From assembly GCF_900116665.1 (NCBI RefSeq), contig NZ_FPBK01000015.1, positions 1 to 64,000 on the forward strand: a stretch of DNA of 64,000 nucleotides, read 5' to 3'. Shown one piece after another: positions 10,380-21,385 of this stretch. The stretch is from Pustulibacterium marinum. GTDB lineage: Bacteria > Bacteroidota > Bacteroidia > Flavobacteriales > Flavobacteriaceae. Every line of letters begins with the position of its first letter. Position 1 is the stretch's first letter. The position numbers and the translations under genes were made by a program. The notes beneath the pieces are model-generated. The model saw only the letters and a program-made list of their open reading frames with translations, did no database searches and had not been told where the DNA came from.

Positions 10380-11873
10380 TTATTTTTGTGCTTGTTCTGG
10401 TTCTTTTGAAGTTATTGTTTGTTTTGCTTCTTCTTTTCCTTGTTTTACGGCACAACCGAATAAGCATTTTTCTTCAATAAGATCTGCAATACCTTCTGGT
10501 AACATTTCTTGCCATCCATCTTCACCAGCTTCAATTTTCTTAAGAACATCTCTAGAGAAAATTTCTAAACTTTCTGGATCATATTGTTTGATGTCTACCA
10601 CTTTTCCATTGAACTTGAAGAACTTGTATAATTCTTTCATTCTAGGATGTACACGTAGGTTATCGCTATCAATAATTTGTCCAGTGTCTTGGTCTTTCAT
10701 TGGGTGAAGATATACGCGCAAGTCTCTGTAGAATAGTTTACCAAACGCTTCCAAAATACCACCACTTAAATGTCTGTAATAATTCTCGTCAAAAATTTCT
10801 ACCAAATTGTTAACTCCCATGGCAAGTCCCATTCGGTTTTTGGTATAGTTAGAGAAATATTCTACTACTCGGTAATATTCTTTAAAATTGGAGATCATCA
10901 CCGTTTGTCCCAATGAACAAAGTAGTTCTGCTCTGTCTAGGAAATCTTCTTCGTCAATTTCTCCTTGTGATTTTAAATTAGATAAAGTGATTTCAAAAAT
11001 AACTTCAGTTTTTTCTTTGTTCACTTTATTCTCTTTCAAGAACATTTCATATGATTTTTGATACATACTCATGTTCACCTTAGTTACAGGACGAAAGCTT
11101 CCACGTAAAGCCAATACATTTTTCTTGTATAAAATGGCTGCCGGTAATACGTTGTTTCCTGAAGGATCAAACATTACAGCTTCGGTCATTCCGTTTTTAA
11201 CGAGTTGTAAACTCATCAAACGGTTATCAACATTAGCAAACCGAGGACCGGAAAAATTTATAGTATCTATTTCTACGATATCTTTATCAAGATGATCATA
11301 TAAATATTTTAAAAGTTTCTTAGGCTTATTGTGTTTGTAAAAGGCACCGTAGATCAAATTTACACCTAGTGTACCTAAGGTTTCTTGTTGCAATCTTGCT
11401 TCAGTTTGATGAAAACGAATATGAAGAATAATCTCATTATAGTCTTCATCAGGATCTACTTGAAAACGAACTCCAACCCAACCATGACCTTTGTATTTTT
11501 TGGCAAAATCAATGGTAGTAACCGTATTGGCGTATGAAAAGAACATACGATCTGGATACTTATGTCTTAAACGCTCTTCCATTAGGTTCATCTCATGGGT
11601 AAGCATTTTTTTCAATCGAGGTTCTGTTACGTAACGTCCGTCATCTTCACGCCCATAAATAGCATCACTAAAATCTTTATCGTAAGCACTCATTGCCTTG
11701 GCAATAGTACCGGAAGCCCCTCCTGCTCTAAAAAAGTTACGAACCGTTTCTTGGCCGGCTCCAATTTCAGCGAAGGTTCCGTATATCTCTTCGTTAAGAT
11801 TTATGCGTAATGACTTAGCTTTTATAGAGGGAACATTTGCAATCTCTTTATCTCCTTTTAAAATAATAGCCAT
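10380..11873 (-). CDS. conserved hypothetical protein (497 aa, cytoplasmic)
   Basis: Long ORF with a clean start and no recognisable motif beyond a GAGQE/GGASG glycine-rich stretch near the N-terminus. I do not recognise the family. Confidence 0.5.
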   Translation of the reverse strand: MAIILKGDKEIANVPSIKAKSLRINLNEEIYGTFAEIGAGQETVRNFFRAGGASGTIAKAMSAYDKDFSDAIYGREDDGRYVTEPRLKKMLTHEMNLMEERLRHKYPDRMFFSYANTVTTIDFAKKYKGHGWVGVRFQVDPDEDYNEIILHIRFHQTEARLQQETLGTLGVNLIYGAFYKHNKPKKLLKYLYDHLDKDIVEIDTINFSGPRFANVDNRLMSLQLVKNGMTEAVMFDPSGNNVLPAAILYKKNVLALRGSFRPVTKVNMSMYQKSYEMFLKENKVNKEKTEVIFEITLSNLKSQGEIDEEDFLDRAELLCSLGQTVMISNFKEYYRVVEYFSNYTKNRMGLAMGVNNLVEIFDENYYRHLSGGILEAFGKLFYRDLRVYLHPMKDQDTGQIIDSDNLRVHPRMKELYKFFKFNGKVVDIKQYDPESLEIFSRDVLKKIEAGEDGWQEMLPEGIADLIEEKCLFGCAVKQGKEEAKQTITSKEPEQAQK

Positions 11874-11958
11874 TTTAGTCTGTTGTGGTTTTCACAAAGT
11901 TAAAAAGATTAACGTGGATTTCGCCAAAAAACTCATAAATTTGAAGAAAAATAGCTAA

Positions 11959-12720
11959 ATGCAAATTACTTTTCTGGGCACAGGAACTTCACAGGGAATA
12001 CCTATCATAGGAAGTGATCACCCCGTATGTTTAAGTAACGATTCCAAAGACAAACGTTTACGTGTTTCTGTTCTTATAGAATGGGATAATTATACGTATG
12101 TAATAGATTGTGGACCTGATTTTAGAGCGCAAATGCTAGCTAATAATGTTCAAAAAATTGATGGTATATTGTTTACGCATGAACATGCCGATCACACTGC
12201 GGGATTAGATGACATTCGCCCATTTTTCTTCCGTCAAGGAGACATACCTATTTATGCTCATGACCGCGTTCTTGATCAATTAAAGCAACGTTTTGAATAT
12301 ATTTTTGCAACTGAGAATAGATATCCTGGTGCGCCAGCTGTAAAAACTCAAACGGTGGAAAACAAACCTTTTAGATTGGCTAATACTACTGTGACTCCCA
12401 TAAATGTATGGCACAACAGATTGCAAGTTTTTGGATATCGTTTTTTTGATTTTGCCTATTTAACAGATGTAAAAACGGTGCCGGAAGAAGAAATGCAAAA
12501 ATTAACCGGATTAAAAGTTTTGGTAGTAAATGCACTTCGCATAGAACCCCATCATTCCCATTTCAATTTAGAAGAGGCGCTTGATTTTGTAGCAAAAGTG
12601 AAGCCCGAAAAGGCATATTTCACTCACATAAGTCACTTACTTGGTTTTCATGAGGAAGTAGAAAAGCAGTTGCCAGAAAATGTATTTTTAGCATACGATA
12701 ACCTCAAAATTTCAATATAA
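11959..12720 (+). CDS. MBL-fold metallo-hydrolase
   Basis: An HEHADH motif (HxHxDH) and further His/Asp ligands. 253 aa. Confidence 0.75.
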   Translation: MQITFLGTGTSQGIPIIGSDHPVCLSNDSKDKRLRVSVLIEWDNYTYVIDCGPDFRAQMLANNVQKIDGILFTHEHADHTAGLDDIRPFFFRQGDIPIYAHDRVLDQLKQRFEYIFATENRYPGAPAVKTQTVENKPFRLANTTVTPINVWHNRLQVFGYRFFDFAYLTDVKTVPEEEMQKLTGLKVLVVNALRIEPHHSHFNLEEALDFVAKVKPEKAYFTHISHLLGFHEEVEKQLPENVFLAYDNLKISI

Positions 12721-12745
12721 ACCCTTATCAAATTTTAATTAAAAC

Positions 12746-13237
12746 ATGAAGAAGCAAATTTTTATGTATTTGTTTGTGTTTGCCATTTTAGCACTCATTT
12801 TTCAATATGTAAACGCAAAAAAAGCATACGAAGATACTGGTAGACGCATAGATAATCTTGCAAAGGAGAATACTAAGTTGAAAGATTCTTTAAAGCATAT
12901 GTTGATAGAGCTATCAGATTATGAATATTTTTCTATTGAGAATGACACGCAGGCGCTTGAGTATTTTTATGATTACGACATTGATAACATCCAAAAATAT
13001 GTTTCAGATAAATTAATTGCTACCAATACCAAAGAAGGAAACCCTCTTATTCCTTATGTTGGTATTGATGGAACTATGCGCATTAATAAAATACGTGTTG
13101 TAAATCATCGTTGGGTTTTATGTGACTTTAGCGATGGTAAAAATTGGGGACAGTTGGTGATTGAGTATTTTATAAATGATGATTACAGCGTTGAATTTAA
13201 TACCATAGCGCATGTAATGTATCCACAGAACAGATAA
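12746..13237 (+). CDS. hypothetical protein with N-terminal signal/TM segment
   Basis: MKKQIFMYLFVFAILALIFQYVNA followed by a coiled-coil-like segment. Confidence 0.45.
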   Translation: MKKQIFMYLFVFAILALIFQYVNAKKAYEDTGRRIDNLAKENTKLKDSLKHMLIELSDYEYFSIENDTQALEYFYDYDIDNIQKYVSDKLIATNTKEGNPLIPYVGIDGTMRINKIRVVNHRWVLCDFSDGKNWGQLVIEYFINDDYSVEFNTIAHVMYPQNR

Positions 13238-13240
13238 TTT

Positions 13241-14191
13241 ATGGTTTGGATTATTTTCATAGCGCTTGTAGTTATTTGTCTAGCGCTTGATTTAGGTGTG
13301 TTTAATAAAAATGCACATGTGATTACCAATAAAGAAGCAGCAACCTGGACAATTGTTTGGGTGAGTGTGGCCACTTTATTTTCGGTTGCTATTTACTTTT
13401 TCTATCAATATGAATTGGTAGATAATGTAGAAAGTTTGAAGCCGTTTGACGCAGCTTTAAAATACATTACTGGTTATCTCATCGAATTGTCATTAAGTGT
13501 TGATAATATATTTGTCATTGCAGTGATATTTTCATCCTTTAAAATTCCGCAAAAATACCAGCACCGTGTATTATTTTGGGGAATTATTGGCGCTGTGGTT
13601 TTTCGTGCTAGTATGATTTTCTTTGGAGTTGCTTTGATGAACAAATTTGAATGGGTAACCTATATTTTTGGTGGATTTTTGATCTTTACAGCGGCGAAAA
13701 TGTTGTTTTCAAAAGAGGATGAAAATTATGATCCTAAAACCTCATTCATGTACCGAATGATAGGAAAAGTGTTTCCAATAGCTCATGAAATGGATGGAGA
13801 ACATTTCTTTAAAAAAATAGATCATAAGAAATATGCAACGCCATTATTTGTAGCATTGATCATTATTGAGTTTACAGATGTTCTTTTTGCGTTGGATAGT
13901 ATTCCTGCTATTTTAGGAATTACAAGAGATTCTTTTTTAGTTTTTAGTTCCAATATTATGGCAATTTTAGGATTGAGATCTATGTACTTCTTCCTTGCAA
14001 ATATGCTTAACAAGTTTGAAAAGCTGAATTACAGTTTAGTTGTGATTTTAACTTTTGTTGGAGTGAAACTTATTTTATCTGGGTTTGAAATTCATTTGCA
14101 TGAATGGATATCTTTAGCAGTTATTGGAGTTTCGCTAGGAGCTGGGATTTTGATTTCAGTTTTATCTAATAACGAAGAAGTAGCAGAATAA
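13241..14191 (+). CDS. TerC family integral membrane protein
   Basis: Multi-TM protein with an ELSLSVDNIFV motif characteristic of TerC/Alx proteins. Confidence 0.7.
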   Translation: MVWIIFIALVVICLALDLGVFNKNAHVITNKEAATWTIVWVSVATLFSVAIYFFYQYELVDNVESLKPFDAALKYITGYLIELSLSVDNIFVIAVIFSSFKIPQKYQHRVLFWGIIGAVVFRASMIFFGVALMNKFEWVTYIFGGFLIFTAAKMLFSKEDENYDPKTSFMYRMIGKVFPIAHEMDGEHFFKKIDHKKYATPLFVALIIIEFTDVLFALDSIPAILGITRDSFLVFSSNIMAILGLRSMYFFLANMLNKFEKLNYSLVVILTFVGVKLILSGFEIHLHEWISLAVIGVSLGAGILISVLSNNEEVAE

Positions 14192-14208
14192 AAACCGCGT
14201 TTATATAA

Positions 14209-14248
14209 AACAAAACATCCTGATGATTTCATCAGGATGTTTTGTTTT
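14209..14248. terminator. bidirectional rho-independent terminator
   Basis: aaaacatcctgatga-tttc-atcaggatgtttt, flanked by an A-run on one side and a T-run on the other. It lies between convergent TerC and esterase genes. Confidence 0.65.
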
Positions 14249-14900
14249 ATACTAATTTTTCTAACCAATTTTTGAAAGAAAAGAAGTTCTGAGGAGCAAC
14301 GCCGTGCCCAACAGGATATTCTTCAAAAACATACGGTATTTGAAGCTCGTCTAATGTTTCCTTTGCATTTCTAGCCCATTCAATAGGTAAAACTTGATCT
14401 TGCGTTCCGTGAGAAACATAGAAATTCAAATCTTTATGGTTTTTGGAAGCGTAATCACTCACCAATATTTCTTTGTTGATATACCCACTTAGAGCAATTA
14501 CATTTTTTACTTTTTCAGGGTAGGAGAGTGCCACGGCATAACTCAAAATGGTTCCTTGACTAAATCCAAGTAAAGTAACGTTTTCAGCATTTAAACTATA
14601 TGCATCGCAAGCCTCGGTGATGAAGTTAGCCATCAAATCACGAGAGTTTCTAGCTTGTTCGTCATCGCTCCATTTTGCTCCGTTAGCATCAAATTCTATA
14701 GCGTACCAAGCATAACCATATGGCGGTAATTGGTAAGGTGCTTGAACCGATATGATATAGATATCCTCAGAAAGTTCTTGTGCAAAAGAGAAGAGATCTT
14801 CCTCATTACTTCCGTATCCATGAAACATGAATAGAACAGGAGTCTCAGCCGTGTTTTCTTTAGCGGGTCTTGTAATATGTTGTAGCGATAAGTTAGCCAT
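14247..14900 (-). CDS. alpha/beta hydrolase (phospholipase/carboxylesterase family)
   Basis: GFSQG nucleophile elbow (GxSxG). 217 aa. Fold order is typical of the esterase family. Confidence 0.65.
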   Translation of the reverse strand: MANLSLQHITRPAKENTAETPVLFMFHGYGSNEEDLFSFAQELSEDIYIISVQAPYQLPPYGYAWYAIEFDANGAKWSDDEQARNSRDLMANFITEACDAYSLNAENVTLLGFSQGTILSYAVALSYPEKVKNVIALSGYINKEILVSDYASKNHKDLNFYVSHGTQDQVLPIEWARNAKETLDELQIPYVFEEYPVGHGVAPQNFFSFKNWLEKLV

Positions 14901-14903
14901 AAT

Positions 14904-15221
14904 TTAGTTGCCAATTGTGTAAAACCATTTTTGAAAATAACTTCCTAAAAACGGTAAAACTTGTTTTTTATATTGAATAGCTCCTATTAGGCAAATTACC
15001 CAGCAAACTGATGTTAAAATCAATAAACCAAGACTAACATAATTGTTAAAATATGTATCAATTACATTTGAAGAAATCTGCATAATGATGAGCCCTAGCA
15101 TTTGACGTACATGAAAATTCACATATTCACTTTGCATTTTGTCCTTATTGAAGTAATAAGCCAAAATAGTACCTACAAATGTACAATAGGCTACGATTCC
15201 CAGTGTTTTTTCGTTTTCCAT
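14904..15221 (-). CDS. small membrane protein, hypothetical
   Basis: 105 aa with three predicted TM helices. Tightly packed between neighbouring genes. Confidence 0.4.
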   Translation of the reverse strand: MENEKTLGIVAYCTFVGTILAYYFNKDKMQSEYVNFHVRQMLGLIIMQISSNVIDTYFNNYVSLGLLILTSVCWVICLIGAIQYKKQVLPFLGSYFQKWFYTIGN

Positions 15222-15224
15222 TTC

Positions 15225-16475
15225 TTAAAACGTAACTAGTTGGTTGTTGTTATAAATTCCGTAGGCTTTTCCTTGTAATTTGCTTCCAATAAAAGCACTG
15301 TTTTTTGTTGAAGAATAAATATGTTTTGATGTAAATACAAAAGATTCTCCCGGATTAAAAAGTGAAAGTTCAGCTTTGCTGCCAACTTGAATAGTATTCG
15401 ATGGAATTCCAAACCTTTCTTTGGAGTTGATTAAAAGAGTTACAGCCTTCTCAGCTCCAAAAAGCTTGTTTAATGCTCCAAAAGCAGTTTCTAAACCAAG
15501 TGTTCCGTATTCCGCTAAATCAAATTCCAATTTCTTATTTTCAATATCAATTGGCATATGATCAGAAGTCACAAAATCAATAGTGCCATCTAAAACAGCT
15601 TCTCTTAAAATGGTCACTTCATTTTCGGTACGTAATGGAGGTAATACTTTAAAATTACTATTGAAATTATCCAAGACGGCGTCTGTGAAAAACAAATTAT
15701 GAATAGCTACGCTACACGTTACATCTAAACCTTTTGCCTTTGCTTCCTTGATAGCTTTTACTGACGCTTCCGTAGAAATGGTTGGAATGTGCAGTTTTCC
15801 ACCTGTATATTCCAAAATGAAAAGATCTCTTGCCACTTGAAGCGACTCAGCCAGCGCAGGAATTCCTTTTAAACCTAATCTAGTTGCGTTAGCTTCTTCA
15901 TGAACAACACCTTTCCCGGCAATTTTCTTTTCATGTGGAAAAGACTGAATGAGTCCGCCGAAATTTTGAGCATAAAGCAATGCAATTTTTAAAAGATTTG
16001 GATTGCTAACAGGTACTTTATAATCACCAAAAGCAATGGCTCCACCTGTGTGCATATCGTACATTTCAGCAAGATCTACACTTTCACTTTTCATAGTCAT
16101 GGCACCAATAGGGAAAAGGTTTACGGCATTTCCTATAGCTTTTGAAGACAAGAAGGAAATAGCAGATTTGCTATCACTTACTGGTTTTGTATTCGAATTT
16201 ACGGCTATAGATGTAAAACCACTTTTTGCCGCTGTAAGGAGTCCGTTTTCCAAAGTTTCTCGTTCCTCATAACCTGGTTCTCCAAAGCTTACACTGCTAT
16301 CAAACCAGCCTTGTGACACGTGTAAATTGGGTAAATTTATTTCATTTGAAACGGATTCGTTGATAACATCGTCTATTTGAATGATAGTTCCGTTTTCTAT
16401 AAGAATATCTTTTGTTTGCAAGTGATATTCACTGCTAGCATCAATAATGGTGGCTGACTTGATTAGGGTTTTCAT
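15225..16475 (-). CDS. pyrC: dihydroorotase-like cyclic amidohydrolase
   Basis: An MKTLIKSATIID... N-terminus and Bacteroidetes-type dihydroorotase length (~417 aa). The ORF-track start at 16544 is probably an over-extension. A 4-nt overlap with the upstream gene suggests coupling. Confidence 0.6.
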   Translation of the reverse strand: MKTLIKSATIIDASSEYHLQTKDILIENGTIIQIDDVINESVSNEINLPNLHVSQGWFDSSVSFGEPGYEERETLENGLLTAAKSGFTSIAVNSNTKPVSDSKSAISFLSSKAIGNAVNLFPIGAMTMKSESVDLAEMYDMHTGGAIAFGDYKVPVSNPNLLKIALLYAQNFGGLIQSFPHEKKIAGKGVVHEEANATRLGLKGIPALAESLQVARDLFILEYTGGKLHIPTISTEASVKAIKEAKAKGLDVTCSVAIHNLFFTDAVLDNFNSNFKVLPPLRTENEVTILREAVLDGTIDFVTSDHMPIDIENKKLEFDLAEYGTLGLETAFGALNKLFGAEKAVTLLINSKERFGIPSNTIQVGSKAELSLFNPGESFVFTSKHIYSSTKNSAFIGSKLQGKAYGIYNNNQLVTF

Positions 16476-18388
16476 TTCAGAAATTTTAAAATAAACATTT
16501 CTACACATAAAAATAACAGCGCAAAAATAACAAACCATTTCCAAAGCTCGCTGTCTTCGCTTTGGGTTTTTAAGGTATCAAATATGGTTTCAAGATCAGT
16601 ATTTACAGGAAGATCATAACTAGATAATTGATAATACGTAAGATTACTTTCTTCTCTATTGTAATTATAACTGATGGTATTTATGGTATTTTCTTGATAT
16701 TGAATTGTATAGTTTCCGTCGGTTGCAGGAAGCTCTTTGGTAGTAATACTCACTTTGTTTGGAAAAGAAGCCTGCATAGGAATAAATTTAGATTCATTTC
16801 CTTCAATTTCTAGAACGGCATCTCCAGAAATTTGAGTTCGTATGTCCATTTTATTTTCTTTTCCAATCGTGTAGTACAACGTCGGGAGTTGTAGACTTTG
16901 CACGCCCATATTATAGAATGTTGGAACAATTAAAGGAGAATTCTTAAAGTTAGAGTTTTCTGCATCAAGTGGAGCGGCAAAAACGTAAAACTGTTTACTT
17001 GTAGCTAAAAATGGACTTCCATTATCAAGCAACAATGCATTGTTGTTGAAAGTTAATTTATAGTAAGATGTCACTTTTGGATACTGAAAATTGGTCACAG
17101 ATTTATCAAAAACATTTTCAAATAAAGGATGTGAAAAATTTATTTCAGTAATATTTTTTTCGGTTGATGATTTATAGTCGAAGGCGATGCCAGAATTCCC
17201 GAGCAATTGGTTAAAGCTTTGTGTATTGCTGTTTATAGAAGGAATAATCACCACTTTTCCTCCATTTGCACCAAAGGATTTCAAAGCATTAATAAGTCCG
17301 GAACTAATATCCTCCAGTTGATTTAATATAATAAGATTTTGTTGGGTAATTATAGTGTAATCTAAAGCAGCAATATCTTGAGAAGTGTATGAAAAAGCTT
17401 CGTCGTTGAATAACTTCTCTAAATAGGAATCGTTTGCATTAGAAATGGTAAATACTTTAATTTTTTCAGGCTTTTGAATACTGAAGTATAACGAATTGTC
17501 ATATTTTAAACCTTCATCAACAATTGAAATACGGCCATCAAAGCTTGAGTTTTTCGGAATAGAGAAGAGAGCTTCTCCTTTTAAGTTTTCATCTATCGTA
17601 GTTCCGGTTTTGGAAATTAAATCTTCATCGTTGAACAAAGAAACAGTAGTATTTTCAATTTTATGTTCAGCCGAAAGCAATACAGTAAGTTCAAGTGTAT
17701 TGGTTTCTGTATTGGAAATATACACAGAATCTATACTTATATTTTGAGTATTTTCTGGAGAAACTTGTAAAAAATGAGTGTTTACATTTGGTTGCAAATT
17801 GATGTCAAAATCTTCTTTTTTTTGTTGAAAATCAGAAATATAGATGAATTCTTTTGCTGTAGAAGCTTTATTGGAGAAATAGGAAGTTCCTTTCAGATAT
17901 GCTTCGTTATAACTTAGTTGATTATTACTATAATGAGTAGTTAATAATTCATTTTGAATAGGAGAGAGTGTGGTGTTTACAAAGCTGTTGTCATTCGTAA
18001 AAAGAGTGAAATTTGTGTCATCATCAATATTACCAATGAGATCTTGAATGGCTCTTTGCAATAAAGGACCTTTACTTCCCTTTGCTTGCATGCTAAAGGA
18101 ATTATCCACATAAATCACGGTTTCTTTTTCAGTAAACAAACTCGTCTTTGAAGGAAAATAGGGTTGAGCAAATGCTATAATTAATGATGCCAGTAAAAGT
18201 AAGCGTGTAATAAGCGTTAACCATTTTTTGAGCGTAGCACTTTTTCTGGTTTGTAACTGAATATTTTTTAGAAAGGCAACATTTGTAAAGAGAACTTTTT
18301 CAAACTTCCGAAGCTGAAAAAGGTGAATAATAATAGGAATAACAAGTAAAAAAAGCGCCCAAAGAAGTTCCGGATTTTTAAATTGCAT
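16472..18388 (-). CDS. BatA-domain (aerotolerance-regulator N-terminal) membrane protein
   Basis: MQFKNPELLWALFLLVIPIIIHL... followed by a second TM helix (the BatA_N double-TM signature). There is also a C-terminal TM helix. 638 aa. Confidence 0.55.
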   Translation of the reverse strand: MQFKNPELLWALFLLVIPIIIHLFQLRKFEKVLFTNVAFLKNIQLQTRKSATLKKWLTLITRLLLLASLIIAFAQPYFPSKTSLFTEKETVIYVDNSFSMQAKGSKGPLLQRAIQDLIGNIDDDTNFTLFTNDNSFVNTTLSPIQNELLTTHYSNNQLSYNEAYLKGTSYFSNKASTAKEFIYISDFQQKKEDFDINLQPNVNTHFLQVSPENTQNISIDSVYISNTETNTLELTVLLSAEHKIENTTVSLFNDEDLISKTGTTIDENLKGEALFSIPKNSSFDGRISIVDEGLKYDNSLYFSIQKPEKIKVFTISNANDSYLEKLFNDEAFSYTSQDIAALDYTIITQQNLIILNQLEDISSGLINALKSFGANGGKVVIIPSINSNTQSFNQLLGNSGIAFDYKSSTEKNITEINFSHPLFENVFDKSVTNFQYPKVTSYYKLTFNNNALLLDNGSPFLATSKQFYVFAAPLDAENSNFKNSPLIVPTFYNMGVQSLQLPTLYYTIGKENKMDIRTQISGDAVLEIEGNESKFIPMQASFPNKVSITTKELPATDGNYTIQYQENTINTISYNYNREESNLTYYQLSSYDLPVNTDLETIFDTLKTQSEDSELWKWFVIFALLFLCVEMFILKFLK

Positions 18389-18458
18389 TCCTTTAGTTTA
18401 GATTCCACCAAAGATAAGAACAATTTTAAAAAAGAAGGAGTTTACGCTTTAAAGATTT

Positions 18459-19688
18459 TTATTGCACAACAATCATTTCATAAGGTTTTGGTAATGAAAC
18501 TGTAAAGGTAGTTCCAACACCAACTTCTGAAGAAACTGAGATGGTGCCATCTAGCCCATCAACAATTTTTTTCACTGTTGCTAGCCCAATTCCGGTTCCT
18601 TTTTGCCCAAATCTATCCAAGGAATCTAGGTTATTAAAGAGTTCAAAAATCTTGTTTTGGTTTTCAGGTTTAATACCTATTCCATTATCTGAAATCACAA
18701 AAACATAGGACTCTACTTTTTCTAGATAATCTATTTTTACAATCGGGGTATTCTTGTCACAATACTTAATACTATTCGCAATGATATTTAGTAAAATTTG
18801 TCCAAGAGCAGTTTTGTTCAAATGAACAACAGTACCTTTTGGAGGCAATTTTATTTCGTATGAATTATCAACGTCTAGCATACCTATTATTTTTTTCAAA
18901 TAGGAGCGAAGTTTAATTTTCTTTACTTCATCATGAGAAGAATGATCACTTTTATAATATTGAAGCATTCCTTCAATATAAGCGCTCATGGATTGTGCAC
19001 TATTTTTCAAGTAACTAAAATAGGTGTCAATACTTCCATCTTGAATATTGGAAAGTTCCATTTTCTTTTTGAGAGTATCTATGGTGAGAACAATATTAGC
19101 CAATGGTGATTTCATGTCATGGGAAACCACACCGGCAAATAGTTCTAATTCATCATATCTTTTTTTAGCTTCTCTTGAAGCATTGTTCAAGTCGATATTG
19201 GCTTTCCGAAGCTCAAAAAGACGTACTACCTGAGTAGCAAGAATTCGTAAACTTTCCTTTTGTTCTTTGCTTAGTTTTTTCGGCTTATGATCTATAGTAC
19301 ATAATGTTCCAATAGCGTAACCACGGTCACTTACCAATGGAATACCCGTGTAAGCGATCACAGGATTTTTTCCATGCGCCAAAGGATTATCTTTGAAACG
19401 ATCGTCTTCTAAAGCATTCTCAACTTCTAAGATTTCTGCAGGATTTTTAATAGCGTGATTACAGTATGCAAGATCTCTGGAAGTTTCACTAAAATCTACA
19501 CCAAATTTAGACTTAAACCATTGCCTGTCTTTATCAATTATAGAAATCAAAGAAACTGGAGTACCGCAAATTTGTGACGCTAGTTTGGTAATATCATCTA
19601 GGTCCTTTTCAGGAAGCGTGTCTAAGATCTGTAAGCGCTTTACATCTTTAAGACGTAAGTTTTCTAAAATTTTAACTGCGGGCTTCAT
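18459..19688 (-). CDS. GAF-domain sensor histidine kinase
   Basis: An N-terminal GAF-like region. The H-box is ELFAGVVSHDMKSPL. The HATPase_c region has N/G boxes (NSIKYC..., DNGIGI, GTGIGLATV). Confidence 0.8.
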   Translation of the reverse strand: MKPAVKILENLRLKDVKRLQILDTLPEKDLDDITKLASQICGTPVSLISIIDKDRQWFKSKFGVDFSETSRDLAYCNHAIKNPAEILEVENALEDDRFKDNPLAHGKNPVIAYTGIPLVSDRGYAIGTLCTIDHKPKKLSKEQKESLRILATQVVRLFELRKANIDLNNASREAKKRYDELELFAGVVSHDMKSPLANIVLTIDTLKKKMELSNIQDGSIDTYFSYLKNSAQSMSAYIEGMLQYYKSDHSSHDEVKKIKLRSYLKKIIGMLDVDNSYEIKLPPKGTVVHLNKTALGQILLNIIANSIKYCDKNTPIVKIDYLEKVESYVFVISDNGIGIKPENQNKIFELFNNLDSLDRFGQKGTGIGLATVKKIVDGLDGTISVSSEVGVGTTFTVSLPKPYEMIVVQ

Positions 19689-19780
19689 GCTTAATTACGA
19701 ACAAAAATCATCTTAACAAAAATATTAATTTTTTGTTAAAGAAAAAGAGCTGTTTAAAGTTTTGCGCTTACAATTAAACG

Positions 19781-20569
19781 CTAATTGCTGAATTTTTCGA
19801 ACACACCCAAACCAAATAAAGCAAAATCATATTTAACAGGGTCGTCTTGGTCCAATGCACGTAAAGCATTGTCTAATTCCTGTAGCGCTTTGGCATCGTT
19901 TTGTTTTCGGGTTAATAGCCCAAGTTTACGAGCCACATTACCGGAATGAACATCTAATGGACATGAAAGTTGTGAAGGATTGATTTTATTCCAGATTCCA
20001 AAATCTACACCTTTGCTACCATCGCGCACCATCCATCTTAAAAACATATTGATGCGTTTTGCAGCAGAATTTTTTTCGGGATCTGAAATGTGTTTCATTG
20101 TTCTTGTAGGATGATCAATAGAAAAAAAGATCTTTTTAAATTCTGAAATAGATTTCTGTAAAGAACTTTCTTCACCATGCTTCGCGAAAACATTTTCTAA
20201 TCCACCATGTTGAGTGTAAATATTTTGAAGACTTTCCACAAAAAAAGAAGCATCGGTGGCATTAAAAGTTCTGTGTACAAAGCCATCAAATCTATAGGCA
20301 TCATTTTGAGAGTATTCCATCACAAAATCATACGGACTATTTCCCATAATATCCATAAGTCTATTGGCATTGTTGATAATACTTTTTCTATTTCCCCAAG
20401 CAATAGTAGCAGCTAAAAAACCTGCAATTTCTATATCTTCTTTTTGAGAAAATTTATGTGGAACTTGAATAGGATCTGAACTAATAAAATCTGGATGTTG
20501 GTATTTTTCAACCTTTTCATCCAAAAATTCCTTTAAAATATGTCGTGGTAATTTTTCAGTTTTCAACAT
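19781..20569 (-). CDS. TIGR02757/DUF2400 family protein
   Basis: 262 aa. The N-terminus ...HPDFISSDPIQVPHKFS...DIEIAGFLAATIAWGNR recalls the DUF2400 family common in Bacteroidetes. Recalled from memory, not searched. Confidence 0.45.
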   Translation of the reverse strand: MLKTEKLPRHILKEFLDEKVEKYQHPDFISSDPIQVPHKFSQKEDIEIAGFLAATIAWGNRKSIINNANRLMDIMGNSPYDFVMEYSQNDAYRFDGFVHRTFNATDASFFVESLQNIYTQHGGLENVFAKHGEESSLQKSISEFKKIFFSIDHPTRTMKHISDPEKNSAAKRINMFLRWMVRDGSKGVDFGIWNKINPSQLSCPLDVHSGNVARKLGLLTRKQNDAKALQELDNALRALDQDDPVKYDFALFGLGVFEKFSN

Positions 20570-21249
20570 TAAGAATGCAATACTTCACGATTAACAATGG
20601 TACCATCTACCATGGTAAGTTTTCTGTCGGCCATATCGGCGAGTTCTCTGTTGTGTGTTACAATTACAAAAGTTTGTCCAAATTCATCTCTAAGTTTAAA
20701 AAACAACTGGTGCAAATTTTCTGCCGATTCAGAATCTAAATTTCCACTAGGTTCGTCTGCGAAAATTACTGCAGGGTTGTTGATCAAAGCTCTGGCAACT
20801 GCTACACGCTGCTGTTCACCTCCCGATAATTCAGAAGGTTTATGGTGCGCACGTTCTTCTAAACCTAGAAAAGATAAAAGTTCTAAGGCGCGCTTTTCTG
20901 CTGTAGCTTTTGGCGTTTTTTTTATGAAAGCAGGAATGCAAATATTCTCTAAGGCAGTAAATTCTGGTAATAACTGATGAAATTGAAAAATAAAACCAAC
21001 ATGTTCATTTCTGAATTTTGAAAGCGCATTGCTTTTCAAATTAAAAACCGAAGTATCGTTGATGATTAATTCGCTATGATTAGAGCGATCCGGTTCTTCC
21101 AAAGTTCCTAAAATTTGTAGCAGTGTGGTTTTTCCAGCGCCACTAGCTCCAACGATGGCAACCACTTCACCTTTTTCTATATGAAGGTCAACACCTTTTA
21201 AAACTTCTAGTTGGCCGTATGTTTTATGTATATTTTTTACTGTAATCAT
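20569..21249 (-). CDS. ABC transporter ATP-binding protein (LolD/FtsE-like)
   Basis: Walker [13 protein letters not shown] signature [15 protein letters not shown], Walker [13 protein letters not shown]. 226 aa. Confidence 0.8.
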   Translation of the reverse strand: MITVKNIHKTYGQLEVLKGVDLHIEKGEVVAIVGASGAGKTTLLQILGTLEEPDRSNHSELIINDTSVFNLKSNALSKFRNEHVGFIFQFHQLLPEFTALENICIPAFIKKTPKATAEKRALELLSFLGLEERAHHKPSELSGGEQQRVAVARALINNPAVIFADEPSGNLDSESAENLHQLFFKLRDEFGQTFVIVTHNRELADMADRKLTMVDGTIVNREVLHS

Positions 21250-21385
21250 AAACTATTGAAATCTGATGTACAAAAGTACAAAGCTTCTAACAAAGTAAAT
21301 AACTTTCTTGGAAGTACAAATGTTGCGTTAAAAATATGGAGTTTTGAAAAGAAACAAATACATTTAAGCTTAAACTTATTTTACA

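Noticed and set aside
10380-11873. Tried to assign the 497-aa protein to a known enzyme family (PEP carboxykinase, GS, aminoacyl-tRNA synthetase, YcaO)
   Set aside because: No diagnostic motifs for any of these. Left as conserved hypothetical rather than guess.
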